Below are positions 32,141 to 42,853 of a stretch of 64,000 bases of DNA, in pieces; position 1 is the first letter of the stretch; each line of letters starts with the position of its first letter. Position numbers and translations under genes: made by a program. The notes beneath the pieces are model-generated. The model was not told the origin of the DNA, did no database searches, and saw only the letters and a program-made list of their open reading frames with translations. The stretch comes from a virus. The stretch covers positions 6,476-70,475 of the IMG/VR virus record IMGVR_UViG_3300027782_000078; one strand, given 5' to 3'.

Positions 32141-33585
32141 TACGATGACCCAATGGTGCTGAAGAGCAGTCCGCCAAGCTTCTGCTTGATACGGGGACTT
32201 TCCGTGATGAGCCACTGACGATGTTCTGCGAGCGTCGACGCATACGGACCACCCGCATTGTAGGAGAATGAATTCGACAGTCCGTCACGTCCCGTGGACT
32301 GAGAGCCAAGACCTCCCTGATATCCACGCTGCGCCTCAAGCAGAACGCTGATCGCAGCATGTCTGGCAATGAATTCCCGCATGATCATTCGATCAGAATC
32401 CTTGAGGTCTGGCAGCCCGAATGTTGCATCGTATTGCCAGAATCCTTGAATGTCGCGATGCATGTAAAATGGTGCAAGCATTGGATGAGTGAAGACGGTC
32501 CATCTGGCAAAGCTGGCCAGTGCGGGCACAAGCGTGACAAATCCGCTCATGCGATCCGTCGTGTTGTTCCACCAGTCTCCTTCCACTTCAATGATCTTGT
32601 CAACAGAGTGGAATCCATACAGTTTGTGAATCTTGATGCACCATTGGTAAGCCATACGGAAACTCGGCCACGCATATCCGTTGGTGGGCACAATATAGTC
32701 CGAAGGTCTGGCAACGCGATCCCAATGATCGGTCTGGTGATTGTGCTCGCGAACCATTCCCGGATACATGGGCATGGTGGTATACAATGTCGGCTCAAGC
32801 GGAAAGCCCATGGTTGATTCCGCCAGATTTGCAGCGTTACGAATCTTTCTTGCAATGGATCCTTCTGTCATTTCTCCTTGCACGACCAGAATGCGTTCCG
32901 TCACATTGGCTTGCGGCAGCGCAGTGGCTGTTACTGTTGCCAATATGTATGAACTGTCCATTTCGTCCATGAGAAGATATTGTTTCTTTAAAAGAGGTGT
33001 AATGATGACAGGAAGCCCGTTATCCCAAGATAGAGTCCAAGCATTCGGTGATACATACGTAAGCGCAAGGGTTTTTGGCCCTGCGATAGTGTCGGAAGAA
33101 ATTTCATCAATAACTACTCCTGTGACGTTCTTTGGCTGAAACTTGGGTGAGAGTCCTTCGATTGAGCGAAGCGGCGCACCGAAGCACCAGTCCGTTTTCA
33201 TTTCGGCAACAGTGACAAGCACAATACGAATGGACGTTGTCATTTCCCAAGAAAGCGTGCTATTTGCGTTGGAAACACGAACGTTGTATGATCCACTGAT
33301 CGCTCGGGCAATGCCATCAGGATCGACATCGTCGATGCCAATCTGAAAGGATGCCATGAGGAATGTCGCACCACTGCCTGAAGCAGTAACGGTTTTGGTC
33401 ATGACTGACCGGTATTGTTCGGGCCAATTCGGCTGCGCTGCACGCAAAATTGAAAAGACATACCGCTCTCCGGAAACAATGGAGCCGCCAGTCGCATCAA
33501 TGCGAACCGTTATTACATCCATTCCGGGATAATATCGACAATATTCCGTTGCGTCAGTAGTGACTATTCCTGTCGTGATTGCCAT
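32140..33585 (-). CDS. Head-tail connector-like protein
   Basis: 481 aa; C-terminal GLGSQSTGRDGLSNSFSY adaptor-like motif; directly upstream of the neck gene. Confidence 0.55.
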   Translation of the reverse strand: MAITTGIVTTDATEYCRYYPGMDVITVRIDATGGSIVSGERYVFSILRAAQPNWPEQYRSVMTKTVTASGSGATFLMASFQIGIDDVDPDGIARAISGSYNVRVSNANSTLSWEMTTSIRIVLVTVAEMKTDWCFGAPLRSIEGLSPKFQPKNVTGVVIDEISSDTIAGPKTLALTYVSPNAWTLSWDNGLPVIITPLLKKQYLLMDEMDSSYILATVTATALPQANVTERILVVQGEMTEGSIARKIRNAANLAESTMGFPLEPTLYTTMPMYPGMVREHNHQTDHWDRVARPSDYIVPTNGYAWPSFRMAYQWCIKIHKLYGFHSVDKIIEVEGDWWNNTTDRMSGFVTLVPALASFARWTVFTHPMLAPFYMHRDIQGFWQYDATFGLPDLKDSDRMIMREFIARHAAISVLLEAQRGYQGGLGSQSTGRDGLSNSFSYNAGGPYASTLAEHRQWLITESPRIKQKLGGLLFSTIGSS

Positions 33586-34215
33586 TTATGTCTTGCCTCC
33601 GAAGGAAAATCCTCCCGATACCCACGCATCGTAATCATCCGCCGGACTTTCCACAATTACCTCAACCATTTCTGGAAAATCCTCTTCTTCGTCTTCTTCA
33701 AGTTCTGCTTGATTATTTTCTTCTTCAATCATAGAATATACTTGCTTGGCAATTTGCTCTACCTTGTTTTCCAATGATTTCATGAGGCGACTGACACAAT
33801 AGTCAGCATCTTGAATGATTTCCTTGCCATCAAAATGAAAAACGGTATAGCCCTTGTTCTGTAGCCATGCGTCTTTTCTTCGATCCTTCATTCTCGCTTT
33901 CATGCTACTGTGCCAATATTCTCCATCGGCCTCAACGCATGCCATGTAATCCGGAAGCAAAAAATCAATCGACCATGGTCCAATAGATGCCTGTTCGATA
34001 AAATTAATGCCCTTGCGAAGAAGGGCATAACGAAGTTTGTTTTCAATTCCGGTTGCTTTTTGTGCTGCCGGATTCTTTGCGGAAGAAGCCATCCATGGAT
34101 TTCCGCTCAAGTTCCGCTGTCGTGATCGTTCCTGATCTTTCTTTGGAATGGATGCCATGCCGTATTTCGGAATGGATCTGGGTGAGCGAAATCCGGGTTT
34201 CTGACTATCTTCCAT
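33586..34215 (-). CDS. DUF559/Vsr-like endonuclease
   Basis: TGIE..L...L...F.EQ..IG.W.IDF....VEADGEYWH...D..KD..L...GY.V.HF motif. Confidence 0.85.
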   Translation of the reverse strand: MEDSQKPGFRSPRSIPKYGMASIPKKDQERSRQRNLSGNPWMASSAKNPAAQKATGIENKLRYALLRKGINFIEQASIGPWSIDFLLPDYMACVEADGEYWHSSMKARMKDRRKDAWLQNKGYTVFHFDGKEIIQDADYCVSRLMKSLENKVEQIAKQVYSMIEEENNQAELEEDEEEDFPEMVEVIVESPADDYDAWVSGGFSFGGKT

Positions 34216-37200
34216 ATAGGAATGTTCCTTCCCTTGCTTTCTTGGATCCAAATGCACGCTCGACATTTCGGTGCAATTTTGCGTACATCAATGCCTTTTT
34301 GAGCGCAATCGATTCCTTGCTCTTACGCAATGCAAATGCCAACGTTGGAATTGAAAAACTCATGGAACGAATAACTCTCAAGGGGGTGGTTGCTGTTGGC
34401 GGACGTTTAATTGGATCAAGAACTATGTCTGCATGCGTTTTTCCAGCTACAGGATGCAGTGCAAGCTGCGGACGTTGTATTTCTGTTGGGCTAGCGAAAG
34501 TTGTATCTACTCTTCCGTGCATATCTATGCAAGGAGTGTCCAAAGTCTCTTCTGGTGTTGCAATGCCATCTTTCAATAAATATTTAAGTTTTCCATCTGT
34601 GTCATCAGCTTTTTTCCCCAAATTTTCGTGCACATGATTGTGAAGTGCTCTTGCCTCGTCAGTAAGGTACGTTGTTCCGCTCGATATTGTTTCAAACATT
34701 GGAACACTGTCTTTTACTTTTCCAGCCAAAAATTTTGCATTATTCGATCTTGTACTGCGTCCAAAACCGGTACTAGGAAGAATCTGTGATTTAGGGCCAT
34801 TTGGCGAACCATTTTGTTCGCGCAACCATCCTAATTGATAGCCCTTCCATGGATGACCATCATCAAATTCAAATTTTGTATCTTTCACAGTCATATCGTT
34901 GCCAGCGCTGTCCTTGATGGGAACTGGCGTTCCATCTCCGTCCTCGCCTACATGAAGTTCAGGAGGACCAGATGTTCCATCTAGCTTTTTTGTCAGTTTA
35001 TCGTGTTCTATAGGTTTTGCGTCAATAATTGACGTAAAAGTATCCTCACCGTCTTTTCCAAAAAGTCTGCCCAATTCTTTAAGCTTCTCAACATGCGCGT
35101 CTTTTTCTTGGTCAGTTGCCTCCGACCACGGGCCGTGCGCATAAACAGCAGCCTCAAGAGCTGGATGAATCATGTCAAACACATGTCGCTTAACTTCTAT
35201 AATGGGTGCTCGGGATCCCCTAGCGTCAAGGGGTCTCCTGTCTATTCTTGGAAAGGTTAATTTTATTTCAGAATCATTATTAATTCTTCCTGCTCGTACA
35301 GGCACACCGCCATTTAAAGTAATGCCAATTTTTCTGTTTTGATCATGCAATATTCTTTGCCAAGCATTGAGTGAATGATCTTCTGCCAAAGCAGTACTAA
35401 ATTGTGCAGGAGCAATAACGTCTTCTGTGTCTTTTTTGTCGTGATCTGCAGGATTTCCCCAGAAGTGACGGACTAAATATTGTATGCCTTGAGTTGCTTG
35501 TATGTGAGAAGAAGTTTTTCCTACAAATTGATCTTGATCAAATTTGCCGTCAAAGTCTTTATTGGTATCATTTCTCATACTTTCATTAAATACATAATTG
35601 CCTTCTTGGTCTTTTGCGTTTTTAATAAAATTTTGTGCAGCAACACGGAATCCATATGGAGTGGTTGTTGTGGTTCTTTTAGAGTCAAAAGGATTTCCCA
35701 CCAATCTTGCAGATCTTTCCGGCGCATGAAACGCTTTTAAAGAAGAATCAATTTTATCTGCTATTGTTCCAAGTTCTGCTTGTCTAGCCCGATAACTCAA
35801 AGTGCTAAAAAAATCATATGCAGATTGATAATCACCGTTTAAAATATCTTTTTTTGCTTTTTCAAGTTTGGCCTCAGTTATTGCTGCTTCGTATGGTCCT
35901 CTTTTCTTTATTGATTTATCTGGACTTAAATGATTTAATCTTTTCATTGCTTGTAATGCAGGAGCATTGATTTGATCCAATAGAGTAAAAAAATGATCTC
36001 TTATTGCTGGATGCAAATTTTCAACATGATTGTAAAAATTAACTTTCCTAATTTCGGTCGTGGGTGAAGGAGCGCTAGCGCTTGGCACATGGTATTGACT
36101 AATTGCGTCGGAAGTGCCCATTTTTGTTGCAGGATCGATTTTTATTTCTGATGTATCAGCTCCCGGATGAGGATGACTTCTTATTAAATCGTACGTGGAC
36201 AACGACTTAGGGAAAAAATCTTTAATTGATTCTAAACCTGCCGTTATTTTTTTTCCATCATCTATTTTAGTAAGGGGATTAAGTTCTTCATTATGTAAAT
36301 AATTTCCTAATTCGTCTTTGTGTAATTCTATGTATTTTCCAATGAAGGAATTTGATGTTTTAAGTTCTGGAGCAATATCAATTCTAGAGAAGGCAGTAGT
36401 ATTGCTGATTTTTTTGGCAACCATGGCGCCGCTCATTGCTGCAGCAAAAACTTTTCCTCCTTTTTTGATTAAAGATTCATCAAAAGTAGGAAAATAAGTT
36501 CTGCTGTCACGTTTAATGAATTGTGCTATCTCTGAATTTTTAGCGCCTGCCATCTTCATATTTGTTGCAATAATATATAGCATTCTTATGTTTTTTGATA
36601 TATCATTGTTTCTTGGAGCACGAAGAATATCAGTTTCTGAATTTAATGAGATTCCATGAGTTCCTGTAAATATATCAGGGAATATTCTTTTAAATTGCCC
36701 AACACTTAGTCCCAGACTTAAATCAGCACGTGTGGGTCCGGTCCCCGTACGTGCGCCACCGCTTCCCGGCCCTATTGTCCCATTTGAACTTACACTATAA
36801 TTATTGAATTGACCAACAACTGCGTGCTGAGAGGCTAAAGATGGAGTACCAGCTCTAATTGATGCACTAGGATTTGCTGTTACTGCAGCACCTCCTGAAA
36901 TATAGTCATTCATTTTTTTATTAAGTTCTGCATGCTGCTCAGAGGTCATTCGATTTCGCCTAACAGCTCCTGCAGTTCCAAGCGAATCTACTCTCATTGG
37001 TATAATTTCGGATAAATTTCTTGTTCGAGCTTCTGCGAGAAGACTGTTGATTGAAGTTATTTGATCAGCATGAATATTGTCAAAACGGCCAGTTTTGTTA
37101 AACATGTGCAGTAGCCGATTTTTAATCTGATAATCCGGCAATCTTGCAACTGCTTCGGCTGCATGCCCCTTAAGCGCATCTGCGTCCCATGTGCCTGACT

Positions 37201-39313
37201 GAGCAAGAGCAAGATCTCCTATTGTTGGCTTATATCCTCCGGATCCTCCGGATGTTGTTGCAGGTTTTTTCTTCGTAAGTATGCTGTCTGCATCAATAAT
37301 GGATGCCAATTCACGATGTTCGGGAAGATGAAGTTTTGTTGCTACGGAAGGATTAAGTATATTCACTCCCGCTTCATCAGCAGTTTCTTGCCAACCGAGT
37401 AATTTTTTTACCTTTAATGCAGCTTCCGTCTTTGCTTTAATTTTTTCAGCGTCACTTGCACTAGCAGTGCTAAGTCCTGAAATTCTTGTGTCATAATCTT
37501 TTTTTATTTTTGCGAGCTCGGCGTCAACATTCATGCCCTTTTTTGTTACGTATGAAGGAAGCGGATCTTTTGCAAACGAGAATTTTGCCGCTAGTGCATC
37601 TGCGGCTGTTCGAGTAGTGCCTTCTGAAGGAATTTCGGCTTCTTCGGTCCCTGTGGATTCTTCGGTCTCTGCGGGATCACGACGACGAGAAGGAGTTGCA
37701 GGCGCAAATTTTCTAATGTGATCGCCAGTTATAAAAATTCCCGCTAGTGCCATAGCACTCAATCTTGGTTGAGAAAATAGAGGATGTTTTGTATCCGGAT
37801 CTGAAGATGTTTTGTCTCCTAATCCAAAAACTTCTTCAATATGTTGCAATTCGTTCAACGTTGCGCCGTCTCGCTCTGTATATATTTTTCGTATATATCT
37901 CCGAAAGTCATCAAATGTCATTTTAGTGTAATAAGAATAATCCTTATGTGCATACTCGCCGGAGGGAGATGCAGGCGCTGCTGTACGCGCTGCTTCTTCA
38001 CGAGCAGTTCTTTCGGCTTCTTCACGAGCAGTTCTTTCGGCTTCTTCACGAGCAGTTCTTTCGGCTTCTTCACGAGCAGTTCTTTCGGCTGCTTCACGAG
38101 CAGTTCTTTCGGCTGCTTCACGAGCAGTTCTTTCGGCTGCTTCACGAGTAGTTCTTTCGGCTGCTTCCTCTGCTGTTCTACGCGCTGCTTCGGCAGTATC
38201 CGGACCATCGCCCGGACCATCGCCCGCACCAGCGCCCGGACCATCGCCTGTTGATGTCGATGCAGAACTTAAAGAAGCAAGGTGATTCCTAATGGCATCA
38301 GCATGTTCAGTGTTAATTTTTCCAGATTTAATTATTGCTTGTCTTTGTTTAAAAGAAATTCCTGAATTTTGCAAAATTGTAGATACTTGTTCTCTTATTT
38401 GATGTTTTTCTTCCGTTCCCTCATCTTCATCGGTTGCAAGATAATGAATAGCAAGCCCAAGGTCAGGTAAACTTTTGATGTCAGTAGCAGGAGGCACATC
38501 TGTTTCAGTAGCAGGAGTCTCAACAGGCACAGCAGGAGGCACATCTGTTTCAGTAGCAGGAGGCACAACAGGCACAGCAGGAGGCACAACAGGCACAGCA
38601 GGAGGCACAACAGGCACAGCAGGAGTCTCAACAGAAGGCCCAGCAGGAGCCTCAACAGGTGCAGCAGGAGTCTCAACAGAGGTCGAAGACTCAACAGGCC
38701 CAGCAGGAGTCACGGCAGGAGTAGTCACTTTACGCAGATAACGCATAATTTCCACAGGATCAATCTCGTTTCGTGAAGCATTATCTCCTTCGTAAACACT
38801 TCGTGCCTTTTTGGTGATATATGGGACAATAGAATCCAATGCCTTTTTTCTGTCTCCTCCAAACAAACCTACAATTCCATGTTTTTCTAAAGTTGGATAT
38901 AAAAAATCTGGCGTTTCCTCTGATGTTCGATTAACATATGCCTTCGCGCGAAGCCTGTTTTCCTCGTTGTTCAATGCTTCAGTAATATCTTTTGTTAATT
39001 GGTGCGCATCAATGCCAAGAGATTTCTTTAAGTATTTTTCACCTTGCTGTTTGTTTTCCACTGCATCAATGCGTTGTTCGATATTTTGACTAAAAAGTTT
39101 TACTGGAAAGTAGTCATATCCTCTGTATTGCTTGGGTGCGACATTATCGCGAACGCAGAGAAGATGGGCAAGATCATACTTGCCTTTCTTTGCAAGTTGC
39201 ATGATGGTATTTTGATCATCACGTTTTTCCTCAGGAAGCCGTGATGCTACTCCGGAAAAATAACTGACAATTGCTGAATGCAAACGAGGCATTGTTTCGC
39301 GAATGTTTTTCAT
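34205..39313 (-). CDS. Very large hypothetical protein, probably packaged in the head
   Basis: 1702-aa ORF; PAVPVV and EEAAERTAR repeats; no recognisable catalytic motif. Confidence 0.7.
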   Translation of the reverse strand: MKNIRETMPRLHSAIVSYFSGVASRLPEEKRDDQNTIMQLAKKGKYDLAHLLCVRDNVAPKQYRGYDYFPVKLFSQNIEQRIDAVENKQQGEKYLKKSLGIDAHQLTKDITEALNNEENRLRAKAYVNRTSEETPDFLYPTLEKHGIVGLFGGDRKKALDSIVPYITKKARSVYEGDNASRNEIDPVEIMRYLRKVTTPAVTPAGPVESSTSVETPAAPVEAPAGPSVETPAVPVVPPAVPVVPPAVPVVPPATETDVPPAVPVETPATETDVPPATDIKSLPDLGLAIHYLATDEDEGTEEKHQIREQVSTILQNSGISFKQRQAIIKSGKINTEHADAIRNHLASLSSASTSTGDGPGAGAGDGPGDGPDTAEAARRTAEEAAERTTREAAERTAREAAERTAREAAERTAREEAERTAREEAERTAREEAERTAREEAARTAAPASPSGEYAHKDYSYYTKMTFDDFRRYIRKIYTERDGATLNELQHIEEVFGLGDKTSSDPDTKHPLFSQPRLSAMALAGIFITGDHIRKFAPATPSRRRDPAETEESTGTEEAEIPSEGTTRTAADALAAKFSFAKDPLPSYVTKKGMNVDAELAKIKKDYDTRISGLSTASASDAEKIKAKTEAALKVKKLLGWQETADEAGVNILNPSVATKLHLPEHRELASIIDADSILTKKKPATTSGGSGGYKPTIGDLALAQSGTWDADALKGHAAEAVARLPDYQIKNRLLHMFNKTGRFDNIHADQITSINSLLAEARTRNLSEIIPMRVDSLGTAGAVRRNRMTSEQHAELNKKMNDYISGGAAVTANPSASIRAGTPSLASQHAVVGQFNNYSVSSNGTIGPGSGGARTGTGPTRADLSLGLSVGQFKRIFPDIFTGTHGISLNSETDILRAPRNNDISKNIRMLYIIATNMKMAGAKNSEIAQFIKRDSRTYFPTFDESLIKKGGKVFAAAMSGAMVAKKISNTTAFSRIDIAPELKTSNSFIGKYIELHKDELGNYLHNEELNPLTKIDDGKKITAGLESIKDFFPKSLSTYDLIRSHPHPGADTSEIKIDPATKMGTSDAISQYHVPSASAPSPTTEIRKVNFYNHVENLHPAIRDHFFTLLDQINAPALQAMKRLNHLSPDKSIKKRGPYEAAITEAKLEKAKKDILNGDYQSAYDFFSTLSYRARQAELGTIADKIDSSLKAFHAPERSARLVGNPFDSKRTTTTTPYGFRVAAQNFIKNAKDQEGNYVFNESMRNDTNKDFDGKFDQDQFVGKTSSHIQATQGIQYLVRHFWGNPADHDKKDTEDVIAPAQFSTALAEDHSLNAWQRILHDQNRKIGITLNGGVPVRAGRINNDSEIKLTFPRIDRRPLDARGSRAPIIEVKRHVFDMIHPALEAAVYAHGPWSEATDQEKDAHVEKLKELGRLFGKDGEDTFTSIIDAKPIEHDKLTKKLDGTSGPPELHVGEDGDGTPVPIKDSAGNDMTVKDTKFEFDDGHPWKGYQLGWLREQNGSPNGPKSQILPSTGFGRSTRSNNAKFLAGKVKDSVPMFETISSGTTYLTDEARALHNHVHENLGKKADDTDGKLKYLLKDGIATPEETLDTPCIDMHGRVDTTFASPTEIQRPQLALHPVAGKTHADIVLDPIKRPPTATTPLRVIRSMSFSIPTLAFALRKSKESIALKKALMYAKLHRNVERAFGSKKAREGTFLYGR
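37980..38190. repeat. 24-bp tandem repeat encoding E(E/A)AERTAR
   Basis: ttcacgagcagttctttcggct(t/g)c repeated about seven times. Confidence 0.9.
38478..38722. repeat. Pro/Val/Ala/Thr linker repeats (21-bp units and variants)
   Basis: caacaggcacagcaggagg units. Confidence 0.85.
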
Positions 39314-39348
39314 GCTATTCCATCTTTTCTGGGCAACGGTCTGTATTT

Positions 39349-39954
39349 TTATCGACTACGTCTGCGCGATAAATATGGCGCATTTAATTCCAATTTTGCA
39401 ATTTTCATCGCTTTTGATAATAACGCAGAAGAGTAATTTTGCGAAAGTACGGAAAACAATCTTGGCGTGATCCGCACAGATCCTGACGCAACAGCTTTCA
39501 CTTCCTCCACCGCCTGCCGAAGCAAGTTGGATGATTTTGAAAAACTTCCATTGGCAGCGAGTGGTCCATTCGGAAGTTCTGCAATGTCTTCCTCAAAATT
39601 TGCGCGATCCTGATCGTCGTAATCGATGTTGGCATCTACATCGTTTTCCATGTCTTCGGTGTCAGCATCCTCGTCTTTTTCGAGCTTTGACGTATCCAAG
39701 TCGCGATTTGCAACATGCTTCGTGTGAGAATCATCTTCCGCAATCGAGTACAATCCATTCTGCATGCGATGCAACACAACAACGCGCCCCTTGAGTGGTC
39801 CATTGTCAATTGCATAACTGACATATGCACCAACATCCGGAGCTTCCCAGTCAGGCATTCCCTCCGGAGTCATTGGCATCGGAAGAGGCTGAGAATACGA
39901 ATGTCCCAGAGACATTGATTTTTGCATGCGTCTTTTACGAGATTTCAGAGTCAT
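39349..39954 (-). CDS. Hypothetical protein, putative head component
   Basis: 201 aa; MQKS, FSKS, LSKA motifs. Confidence 0.6.
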   Translation of the reverse strand: MTLKSRKRRMQKSMSLGHSYSQPLPMPMTPEGMPDWEAPDVGAYVSYAIDNGPLKGRVVVLHRMQNGLYSIAEDDSHTKHVANRDLDTSKLEKDEDADTEDMENDVDANIDYDDQDRANFEEDIAELPNGPLAANGSFSKSSNLLRQAVEEVKAVASGSVRITPRLFSVLSQNYSSALLSKAMKIAKLELNAPYLSRRRSR

Positions 39955-39960
39955 GATTGT

Positions 39961-41163
39961 TCAGTCCTCTTGCGGAACTGAATTCCGCAGTGTTTCACGG
40001 AGAACCATGATGGCTTCCTTGGGAGAAAATCCGGGATACCTGCTAGCCATCGCTTGCGACGCACGTTGCTTCAACTCATACTTGGCTCGTCGGTCCTTTG
40101 CGTCAAAGCCAACCGATTCCTTGACCTTCAATGACTTGCCGATAGGCTTGTGCTCACCCTTGTCCGGAATGACCTTGCCTGTATCAGCAGCTGGACGATT
40201 CTTTTCTGTAGATGCCTTGGTTCCGGGCTGAACCTTGTCATCCCGATATCGTTCCGTAATTTTCTTTGTACCCGCAGATCCCATCAGGGTCTTCTTTCGC
40301 ATGGATTCGACACTGGCAACATCATCCGACTTGCCTTGTTCCTTCATCTTGTCAGCCCATGCCGTAAATTTCTGCTGCTGTCCGGGCCTAAGCCACGGAA
40401 ACACCTTCCATTGCTTTTGTCCATTCTTGATAGCGGGAACTTGCTTGCGCCCAGTCATTTTCTCGGCAATGCGCACAGCCATCCAGTCATCCTTTGTCAG
40501 TTCGCTTTCCTTCATGTGCACGGGCTCGATGTACTCATGAGCGCTCTTGGGATTTGCAAATCCCGAAGTCTTGCCTGATGATGAAACTTTTCCAAGATTC
40601 TTTTGGGCAAACTTCTTCCATGTTTCCGTTTTGTACAAAGGAGTCACCCACGCTGCAGCGCCACTTTTGGATACCGCACGATGAAGCTGATAAATTCGCT
40701 TGGCCATGAGCAACTCGAACGACTGGTCTCCCGGAGATCCTCCCCGCTCGTTGGAGCCAAGTGCATCGGCCAGAGCCTTGCGAGAAACACCTGCGGGAGC
40801 AAGTCGCTGCAAAAGGTCTGCGGTCACCATTCTTCCCGGAGCAAGGCTCTTCTTGATCTGTTTTTCAATCTTGAGAATCTGGGTTTGCTCTTCGTCAAGT
40901 TGAATGCCAAGTTGCTTCCATTCGGAAAGCTTCTTGCCATCAACTGCTGGATTGATCATGGGAAGCCGTGTTGATTCAGACCATATCCACACAATTGGAT
41001 CAAGTTCCTTGAACTTTTGCTTGTGTTCCTTGTATGCATTCTTGTGCTTGGAATATCTTGTCAGAAGATCAATCCAATCTTCATCACTCTTGATGTCGTG
41101 AATTGTTTTCTCCGGCTTTTTGTCAAGGTCTTGTTTCTTCAGTGTGATCGATAAAAAGATCAT
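39961..41163 (-). CDS. Hypothetical protein, putative head component
   Basis: 400 aa; GGAGG RBS. Confidence 0.65.
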   Translation of the reverse strand: MIFLSITLKKQDLDKKPEKTIHDIKSDEDWIDLLTRYSKHKNAYKEHKQKFKELDPIVWIWSESTRLPMINPAVDGKKLSEWKQLGIQLDEEQTQILKIEKQIKKSLAPGRMVTADLLQRLAPAGVSRKALADALGSNERGGSPGDQSFELLMAKRIYQLHRAVSKSGAAAWVTPLYKTETWKKFAQKNLGKVSSSGKTSGFANPKSAHEYIEPVHMKESELTKDDWMAVRIAEKMTGRKQVPAIKNGQKQWKVFPWLRPGQQQKFTAWADKMKEQGKSDDVASVESMRKKTLMGSAGTKKITERYRDDKVQPGTKASTEKNRPAADTGKVIPDKGEHKPIGKSLKVKESVGFDAKDRRAKYELKQRASQAMASRYPGFSPKEAIMVLRETLRNSVPQED

Positions 41164-41174
41164 GGCTTCCTCCG

Positions 41175-41441
41175 TTATTCCTTTACAATTTTATCATAGT
41201 CTTTCATGGTTGCAGTTTTGCCATTTAAAGTCATTTGAAGAAGCCGCTCCGTGACATCATGCAAGTTCATGTCGGTCTTTGCGTCTTCTCGTGCGTACTC
41301 AAGAAGACGGATGAAAAGCGGAATGTCGCATTTGATTACATCAGGAATGTTCTCGTTCTGGCTTTTTTGAAATGTATCAATAATGCTCAATGTGCTTAGA
41401 GGAAAAGGTTTGCGTAATTTTTGATAAAAATCTTCTGCCAC
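41175..41441 (-). CDS. Conserved phage hypothetical protein
   Basis: DIPLFIRLLEYAREDAKTDM.LHDVTE motif; GGAG RBS. Confidence 0.7.
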   Translation of the reverse strand: MAEDFYQKLRKPFPLSTLSIIDTFQKSQNENIPDVIKCDIPLFIRLLEYAREDAKTDMNLHDVTERLLQMTLNGKTATMKDYDKIVKE

Positions 41442-41516
41442 TTATTTTCTCCAAGCAAAGTTTTTTTTATTGTATCATATGATTATTGACCATGATTGCT
41501 TGAAAGGAACAACAAC

Positions 41517-41702
41517 ATGAGTACTACAGAAGCACCAAAATGCCGAAGCTGCGGAGAGGTGGCCGTCAAGGTCGTTCGCGTCGAGTCGAAGTTCAATCCC
41601 GAAATGGTGACCATTCACTATGCCTGTGATCCGTGCGTTCCTGAACTGACTCATCGGTTTGGCGGACGATCAGACCGGCAGATCATTGTCAAAAGCATTT
41701 GA
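41517..41702 (+). CDS. Small zinc-finger protein
   Basis: CRSC...CDPC; AAGGA RBS. Confidence 0.55.
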   Translation: MSTTEAPKCRSCGEVAVKVVRVESKFNPEMVTIHYACDPCVPELTHRFGGRSDRQIIVKSI

Positions 41703-41911
41703 AAGAAAGGATTACTGTCATGTCACAGCTCGGAAAATGCTCATGCGGAACAACGTTGATCAAGTCTCGCGCCAAGGAGCCGTCATCGGGAAGAATGATC
41801 GAAGTGGATATCTGTCCACGTTGCGTCACTGAAGAATTACGCAAGGATATTGTTTCTCTGGTGAAAACCGTTCGTACTGACAAGTATGGAATGGAAGTTC
41901 TAGAAAAGTAA
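41699..41911 (+). CDS. Small zinc-finger protein
   Basis: CSCG...CPRC; alternative ATG at 41720. Confidence 0.55.
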   Translation: MKERITVMSQLGKCSCGTTLIKSRAKEPSSGRMIEVDICPRCVTEELRKDIVSLVKTVRTDKYGMEVLEK

Positions 41912-41914
41912 CGG

Positions 41915-42814
41915 ATGCATCTGATGCCTATTCGACAGATCACCAATCAGGAAAGTGCAATGTTCTTGCAATCCGAAAGTATCGCTGGCACAACCATGCT
42001 TTCCGATAGGCATCCCAAAGCAGAAAATATTGGAAAAAGAGTGTACTTTGTTTCCGAATCCACGAGGGTGTACGGAAGAATCACCGCCATTTCAGGACGC
42101 AATGTCTCGATCAAACTTGAAACACGATGGAATTACCGCACAAAGATCACCATGAATTGGACGCATTTGCGCATTTCAACAGATCAATCCGAAAAAAAGA
42201 TAAAAGTTGCCAACGAAAATAACGAGGAACGCATACAGCAATTGAGAAGTTACGTTCAGAAAGCAACAGGGCGTGTCGAGATCACTGCAGAAACTGCGGA
42301 AAAACTTGCAGTGGCCGTGCATGCGTATCAGGAAATGCATGAATCGCTCATTCAGCAATTGCGGCAACTTGAAAATATCAAGACGCAGATTCGGGAAAAC
42401 GCCGAGAAAACAAAAGCAAAGCATCAGGAATGTCTCATGCTGGGAGCAAGCGAGCACTCCCTGCTTCCCATGGTCGATTTTGAAACGGAATACGGCCTTG
42501 CAAGAAAAGGAAAACGACAGAAGAACATGGAGCAGAAACGCAAGCTCCAGACAATCCGGGAGGAAACACGCAAGATGCTCGCTGCGCTATTGATTGCAGC
42601 AGGCGATCAAGGAGTGACCAGTACCGAGGTAATCGCCTCCATCTGCTCCATGTCGCCATTATTTGAAGGAAACATGGCGGTCACACAACATCGCGTCATG
42701 GGAATGCTGTCCGCGTTCTCCCGAAGGCAAGAAGCGGAACTGACGAACTCGAACCGATGGAAAGCCACAAATGCGCTTCGGGAATCCGGCAATTTTCCTC
42801 CTTCTGTGGCATAA
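41915..42814 (+). CDS. Coiled-coil protein with possible C-terminal winged helix
   Basis: 299-aa ORF. Confidence 0.6.
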   Translation: MHLMPIRQITNQESAMFLQSESIAGTTMLSDRHPKAENIGKRVYFVSESTRVYGRITAISGRNVSIKLETRWNYRTKITMNWTHLRISTDQSEKKIKVANENNEERIQQLRSYVQKATGRVEITAETAEKLAVAVHAYQEMHESLIQQLRQLENIKTQIRENAEKTKAKHQECLMLGASEHSLLPMVDFETEYGLARKGKRQKNMEQKRKLQTIREETRKMLAALLIAAGDQGVTSTEVIASICSMSPLFEGNMAVTQHRVMGMLSAFSRRQEAELTNSNRWKATNALRESGNFPPSVA

Positions 42815-42853
42815 TGTAGTAGCAAAAAATTGCCCAAGGAGGGTTGTTCCAGA

